Source: Candidatus Eiseniibacteriota bacterium (GTDB lineage Bacteria; Eisenbacteria; RBG-16-71-46). From it: 64,000 nucleotides of DNA. Where the stretch lies: contig JBBRLX010000007.1 of assembly GCA_038231135.1 (NCBI GenBank), positions 65,475 through 129,474 on the forward strand, written 5' to 3'. Shown here in pieces: positions 58,791 to 64,000 of the stretch. The notes beneath the pieces are model-generated. The model was given only the letters and a program-made list of their open reading frames with translations, did not search any database and was not told where the DNA came from. Numbering within the stretch: position 1 is the first letter of the stretch; every line of letters starts with the position of its first letter. Made by a program: the position numbers and the translations under genes.

Positions 58791-59972
58791 CTACGCGCGG
58801 GCCCCGGTGCGCCGGGCGAGCTCGCGCGCCCACGCGTCCACCCGGCGGAGCTGCTCCAGCGATTCCACCGGTTCGACCGTGTGGGCGTCGAGCACGCCGC
58901 GCACGATGTCCGGCACCTGGCCCAGCGCGATCGCACCGTCGAGGAACGCGGCCACCGCCACTTCGTCGGCGGCGTTCGCCACGCACGGCGCCGTGCCGCC
59001 GGCACGGCCGGCGTCGACCGCGACGTCGAACGCCGGATAGCGGCCCGGCGCAATCGGCGTGAACTCGAGCCCCGCGAGCGCCGTGGCATCGAGCGCCGGG
59101 CCGGGATCGTCCCAGCGCTCGGGCCACGAACACGCGAGCCGGATCGGAATCGCCATGTCGGGCCGCGCGGCGGCGAGCACGGTCGAACCGTCGATGAACA
59201 TGACGAGCGCGTGCACGCGCGCCTCGGGATGGAGCACGGCGTCGAGCCGCTCCCACGGCACGCCGAACAGCACGTGCGCCTCGATCAGCTCGAGTCCCTT
59301 GTTGAACAGCAGCGCGGAATCGACGGTGATGCGCGGACCCATGCTCCACACCGGGTGCCGCAGCACCTCGTCGCGCGTGGCCTGCCGCCAGTCGGGATGC
59401 CGGCGCAGCGCGCCGCCCGAAGCGGTGAGCGTCATGCGCGCCACCTCGGCCGCCGGCCGGCCGCCCAGGCACTGCATGGCCGCGCCGTGCTCGCTGTCGA
59501 CCGGCAGCAGCTCGCCGCCGCCGCGCAGCAGCGCCGCCCGCACCAGCGGGCCGCCGACCACCAGCGTCTCCTTGTTTGCGAGCGCCAGCCGGGCGCCGCG
59601 CTCGAGCGTCGCGAGCGACGCCTCGAGCCCCGCGGCGCCGACGATGCCATTCACCACGATCCCTGTGTCCGGGAGGCCGGCGAGCCACGCCGCGGACCCG
59701 GGCCCGACCCGCACCGCGGCGCCCGGCGCCGCGGCCGCGAGCCGGGCGCGCGCCACCGCGGCATCGGCGGCGCGTTCGAGCGCCAGCGCCCGCGGCGCGT
59801 GCTCGCGCGCCAGCGCGCACAGGCCATCCAGGTCCTGGCCCGCGGCCAGCGCCGCGACGGCGAGCCGCCCGTTGGACGACCGCGCCACGTCCAGCGCCTG
59901 GCGGCCGATCGAGCCGGTGGCCCCGAGCACCGCGAGCCGGCGCGGGCCACCCGCGCCCGAGTCCGTGCTCAT
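58791..59972 (-). CDS. dxr: 1-deoxy-D-xylulose 5-phosphate reductoisomerase
   Basis: The product contains LAVLGATGSIGRQALDV ... LANKETLV ... NKGLELIEA, matching Dxr. Confidence 0.9.
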   Translation of the reverse strand: MSTDSGAGGPRRLAVLGATGSIGRQALDVARSSNGRLAVAALAAGQDLDGLCALAREHAPRALALERAADAAVARARLAAAAPGAAVRVGPGSAAWLAGLPDTGIVVNGIVGAAGLEASLATLERGARLALANKETLVVGGPLVRAALLRGGGELLPVDSEHGAAMQCLGGRPAAEVARMTLTASGGALRRHPDWRQATRDEVLRHPVWSMGPRITVDSALLFNKGLELIEAHVLFGVPWERLDAVLHPEARVHALVMFIDGSTVLAAARPDMAIPIRLACSWPERWDDPGPALDATALAGLEFTPIAPGRYPAFDVAVDAGRAGGTAPCVANAADEVAVAAFLDGAIALGQVPDIVRGVLDAHTVEPVESLEQLRRVDAWARELARRTGARA

Positions 59973-60847
59973 GGCGCCTGGAAGATCACGTACTTCAGGT
60001 AGTAGAACACGATCGGCGCGCCGAAGTAGAGACTATCGAACCGGTCGAGCACGCCGCCATGGCCGGGAATCAGGTCGGAACTGTCGCTGTGGCTGGCGTC
60101 CCGCTTGAGCAGCGACTCCACGAGATCGCCGACCTGCGCGAACACGCCGACCAGCACGCCGAGCGCCGCGGCGTCCCACAGGTGCAGGAACGGCGCGAAC
60201 CAGTACTTCGCCACGAACGCGGCGAGCAGCGCGCACGTGAAGCCGCCGACCGAGCCCTCGACTGTCTTGCGCGGCGAGATCGCCCGCCACAGCGGCGTCC
60301 TGCCGAACAGCCGGCCGAACGCGTAGGCGCCGGTGTCGCAGCTCCAGGTGAGGAAGAACGCCAGCAGCACGAACGCGGCGCCCAGGCTGTAGTCGGTGCC
60401 GGCCCGCCACGGCAACTCGCGCAGGAACACCAGGTGCGCCGACAGCCAGCCCACGTACAGCACGCCGAATCCGGTGGCGGCGATGCTCTCGGCGCTGCGG
60501 AACTGGGGCTGGCTGAGCGCGAACCCGAGCAGGCACAGCACGCCGCAGGTGACGAGCAGGTCGCGGGGCACCAGGTCGGGGCGGTAGGCGCTCACCAGCA
60601 GCAGCAGCGCCGACACGGTACCCACCGTGCGCTGCGGGCTCAGCCCCTTCGCGCGCGCCATGCGGTAGAACTCGGTGATGCCGAGGAGTGTCTGCAGCAT
60701 CACGAACGCGAGGAACGCCACGCCGCCCGCGCGGGCGAGCAGCACCAGCAGCGGCACGAACAGGATTCCGCTCGCGAACCGCAGCCTTAGCGACCACCGC
60801 TTCGCGCCGGGCGCGGCCGGCGCCTCCGCCGCCGTGGCGGGGCTCAC
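59969..60847 (-). CDS. cdsA: Phosphatidate cytidylyltransferase
   Basis: The product is a multi-TM protein ending in the CdsA signature SLLKRDASHSDSSDLIPGHGGVLDRFDS. The GTG start at 60847 overlaps the frr TGA stop (GTGA). The upstream part of the track ORF is run-on. Confidence 0.85.
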   Translation of the reverse strand: MSPATAAEAPAAPGAKRWSLRLRFASGILFVPLLVLLARAGGVAFLAFVMLQTLLGITEFYRMARAKGLSPQRTVGTVSALLLLVSAYRPDLVPRDLLVTCGVLCLLGFALSQPQFRSAESIAATGFGVLYVGWLSAHLVFLRELPWRAGTDYSLGAAFVLLAFFLTWSCDTGAYAFGRLFGRTPLWRAISPRKTVEGSVGGFTCALLAAFVAKYWFAPFLHLWDAAALGVLVGVFAQVGDLVESLLKRDASHSDSSDLIPGHGGVLDRFDSLYFGAPIVFYYLKYVIFQAP

Positions 60848-61401
60848 ACTTCCATCACCTCGGCGGTCTTCTTCTTCAGCAGCTCGTCGACCTGGCCCAC
60901 ATAGCGGTCGGTGAGCTTCTGCACCTCGAGGGTCAGCCGCTTCGCGTCGTCCTCGGACAACACGTGCTTGTCCTCCTCGGCCTTGATCTCCTTGTTCACC
61001 TCGTGCCGGACCTGCCGCAGGTGGACACGCCCGTCCTCGGCGAGCCGTGCGATCAGCTTCACCATGTCGCGGCGGCGCTCCTCCGTGAGCGACGGGATCG
61101 GCACCCGCACCAGCGTGCCGTCGTCGGTGGGGTTCACGCCCAGCTCCGAGGCCTGGATCGCCTTCATGATCGCCTTCACCAGCGACTTGTCCCACGGCTG
61201 CACCACGAGCAGCCGCGCCTCGGGTGCACTCACGCTGCCCACCTGGTTCAACGGCACCATGGTGCCGTAGGCGTCCACGCGCACCGCGTCGAGCAGCGCC
61301 GGCGACGCCTTGCCCGACCGGATGCCGCTGAACTCGCGGCGCGTCGACTCGAGCACCTTTTTCATCCGCTCCTCGGACTTGACGACGTGTTGATCGGTCA
61401 T
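60844..61401 (-). CDS. frr: Ribosome recycling factor
   Basis: The ORF is 185 aa from MTDQHVVKSEERMKKVLE and contains VRVPIPSLTEERRRDMVK. The ATG at 61401 was verified. Confidence 0.9.
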   Translation of the reverse strand: MTDQHVVKSEERMKKVLESTRREFSGIRSGKASPALLDAVRVDAYGTMVPLNQVGSVSAPEARLLVVQPWDKSLVKAIMKAIQASELGVNPTDDGTLVRVPIPSLTEERRRDMVKLIARLAEDGRVHLRQVRHEVNKEIKAEEDKHVLSEDDAKRLTLEVQKLTDRYVGQVDELLKKKTAEVMEV

Positions 61402-61406
61402 TCCCG

Positions 61407-62123
<717 letters not shown>

Positions 62124-62726
62124 CTAGTCCTGACCCAGCCGGAACCGCACGAACCGCCGGACCTGCACGTTCTCGCCGGTCTTCGTGCCGGCCTGGGTGA
62201 TCAGGTCCTGGATCTTGAGCTTGTCGTCGCGGATGTACGGCTGCTCGAGCAGGCACACCTCGGAATAGAACTTGTTGAGCTTGCCCTCGACGATCTTGTC
62301 GATCATGTTCGCGGGCTTGCCCTCGTTCGCGAGTTGCGCCGCGAAGATCGCGCGCTCGCCGGCGATGCGCTCGGCCGGCACCTCCTCGCGCCGCAGGAAC
62401 TCGGCGCCGGCCGCGGCGGCCTGCATCGCCACGTTGCGCACCAGCTCGCGGAACTCGTCGGTGCGGGCGACGAAGTCGGTCTCGCAGTTCACCTCGATGA
62501 GCACGCCCACGCGATTACCCGGGTGGATGTACGCCTCGACCAGCCCCTCGCTCGCGGCACGGTCGGCGCGCTTCTCGGCGCGCGCGGCGCCGGCCTTGCG
62601 CAGGATGTCGACGGCCTTCGCGACGTCGCCGGCGGACTCGCCCAGCGCCTTCTTGCACTCCATCATGCCGGCGCCGGTCTGCTCGCGCAGCTGGCGCACC
62701 TGATCGGCGGTGATCACCATCGTCAT
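62124..62726 (-). CDS. tsf: Translation elongation factor Ts
   Basis: The product contains VRQLREQTGAGMMECKKAL, which is the EF-Ts N-terminal UBA-like domain. There is GAGGAG 7-8 nt upstream of the ATG. Confidence 0.9.
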   Translation of the reverse strand: MTMVITADQVRQLREQTGAGMMECKKALGESAGDVAKAVDILRKAGAARAEKRADRAASEGLVEAYIHPGNRVGVLIEVNCETDFVARTDEFRELVRNVAMQAAAAGAEFLRREEVPAERIAGERAIFAAQLANEGKPANMIDKIVEGKLNKFYSEVCLLEQPYIRDDKLKIQDLITQAGTKTGENVQVRRFVRFRLGQD

Positions 62727-62745
62727 GGCTGCTCCTCGGTTCGTT

Positions 62746-62781
62746 GCGACGCCCGCCCGGGGTCACGCGGGCGGGCGTCGC
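62746..62781 (-). promoter_or_regulatory. A 14-bp perfect GC-rich stem-loop in the rpsB-tsf intercistronic region
   Basis: The sequence reads gcgacgcccgcccg-gggtcacg-cgggcgggcgtcgc. It lies ~20 nt upstream of the tsf RBS and has no U-tract. Position-wise it is analogous to the partial terminator/attenuator in the E. coli rpsB-tsf operon. Confidence 0.4.
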
Positions 62782-62820
62782 GGTGGATCCTGCAAATGGG
62801 TGAGTGGCGGGAGACGCCGG

Positions 62821-63591
<771 letters not shown>

Positions 63592-63717
63592 TGCGTTCCT
63601 CCTCAGGGGTTTTTCCGCCGCGCCGCCCCGGTCTCGAGACGCATGACCCACCGAAACCAGGCAACGGATCGGCGGGAACCCCAGCGTACGGGGACGGGCG
63701 TGGAGCTGAACTCGATG

Positions 63718-64000
63718 CTACCGCTTGCTGAACTGGAACCGCTTGCGGGCGCCAGGCTGTCCGTACTTCTTGCGTTCCTTCATGCGCGAATCGCGAGTGA
63801 GCAGGCCCTCGCGGCCCATCACCCCACGTAGCGACTCGTCCTCCCGCACCAGCGCCCGCGCCAGCGCCTGGCGCAGCGCGCCCGCCTGGCCGGTGGTGCC
63901 ACCGCCGTGCAGCCGCGCGATCACGTCGTACTTGCCCACGAGATTCGCCACCGTGAGCGCGTGGAACGCCGACTGCACCAGCGTCTCGCGCTTGAGGTAT
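63718..64000 (-). CDS. rpsI: 30S ribosomal protein S9 (C-terminal part; the N-terminus runs past the right edge of the window)
   Basis: The product ends in ...GGGTTGQAGALRQALARAL ... KKYGQPGARKRFQFSKR, which is the S9 C-terminal signature. Confidence 0.8.
   Translation of the reverse strand, partial: YLKRETLVQSAFHALTVANLVGKYDVIARLHGGGTTGQAGALRQALARALVREDESLRGVMGREGLLTRDSRMKERKKYGQPGARKRFQFSKR

Overview
This is a very GC-rich (~70%) chromosomal window in which 49 of the 50 CDSs I can support are on the minus strand; the exception is one small plus-strand ORF at 19871..20260. The track's long plus-strand and Arg/Ala/Pro-rich ORFs are antisense or out-of-frame shadows of the minus-strand genes. 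The real genes are closely packed, and at least six junctions are 4-nt GTGA overlaps in which a GTG start overlaps the upstream TGA stop; the ORF track shows those starts as 'M' inside run-on ORFs.

Gene content, 3'->5' on the window:
- Purine and housekeeping: purL (partial), purB, an HtrA-family protease, truA, ecfT, asd, lnt, a Gfo/Idh/MocA oxidoreductase, a receiver-less sigma-54 activator, purM, a membrane HD-GYP phosphodiesterase, a PfkB kinase, argS, rsfS, a polyprenyl synthase and cca.
- A low-GC hypothetical gene with tandem repeats at 13287..14102.
- Small exported proteins, a short zinc-ribbon protein, a PtsN-like EIIA whose phospho-His is replaced by Asn, and a PAP2 phosphatase.
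- A complete Bat aerotolerance operon: moxR, DUF58, a hypothetical, batA, a fused batB-batC, and batD.
- glyA, rpiB, ilvE, a LMW tyrosine phosphatase, tsaC, purE, purD, gatB, gatA, gatC and uvrD/pcrA.
- An outer-membrane biogenesis cluster: rseP, a POTRA-type Omp85 (BamA/TamA-like), a ~150-bp inverted-repeat element, tamB, and an unusual 1052-aa protein that joins a zinc-metallopeptidase-like domain and a TolB-like propeller to an Omp85 barrel.
- Five LPS-core-like glycosyl/nucleotidyl-transferase genes inserted between dxr and rseP.
- The conserved rpsB-tsf-pyrH-frr-cdsA-dxr array, and the start of rpsI at the window edge.

Other points: a ~50-nt dispersed repeat sits at the 3' ends of two genes, and there are several strong hairpins and palindromes. 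I found no tRNA, rRNA, CRISPR array or transposase. The most unusual item is the peptidase/propeller-Omp85 chimera next to tamB, together with the structured inverted-repeat element between bamA and tamB.
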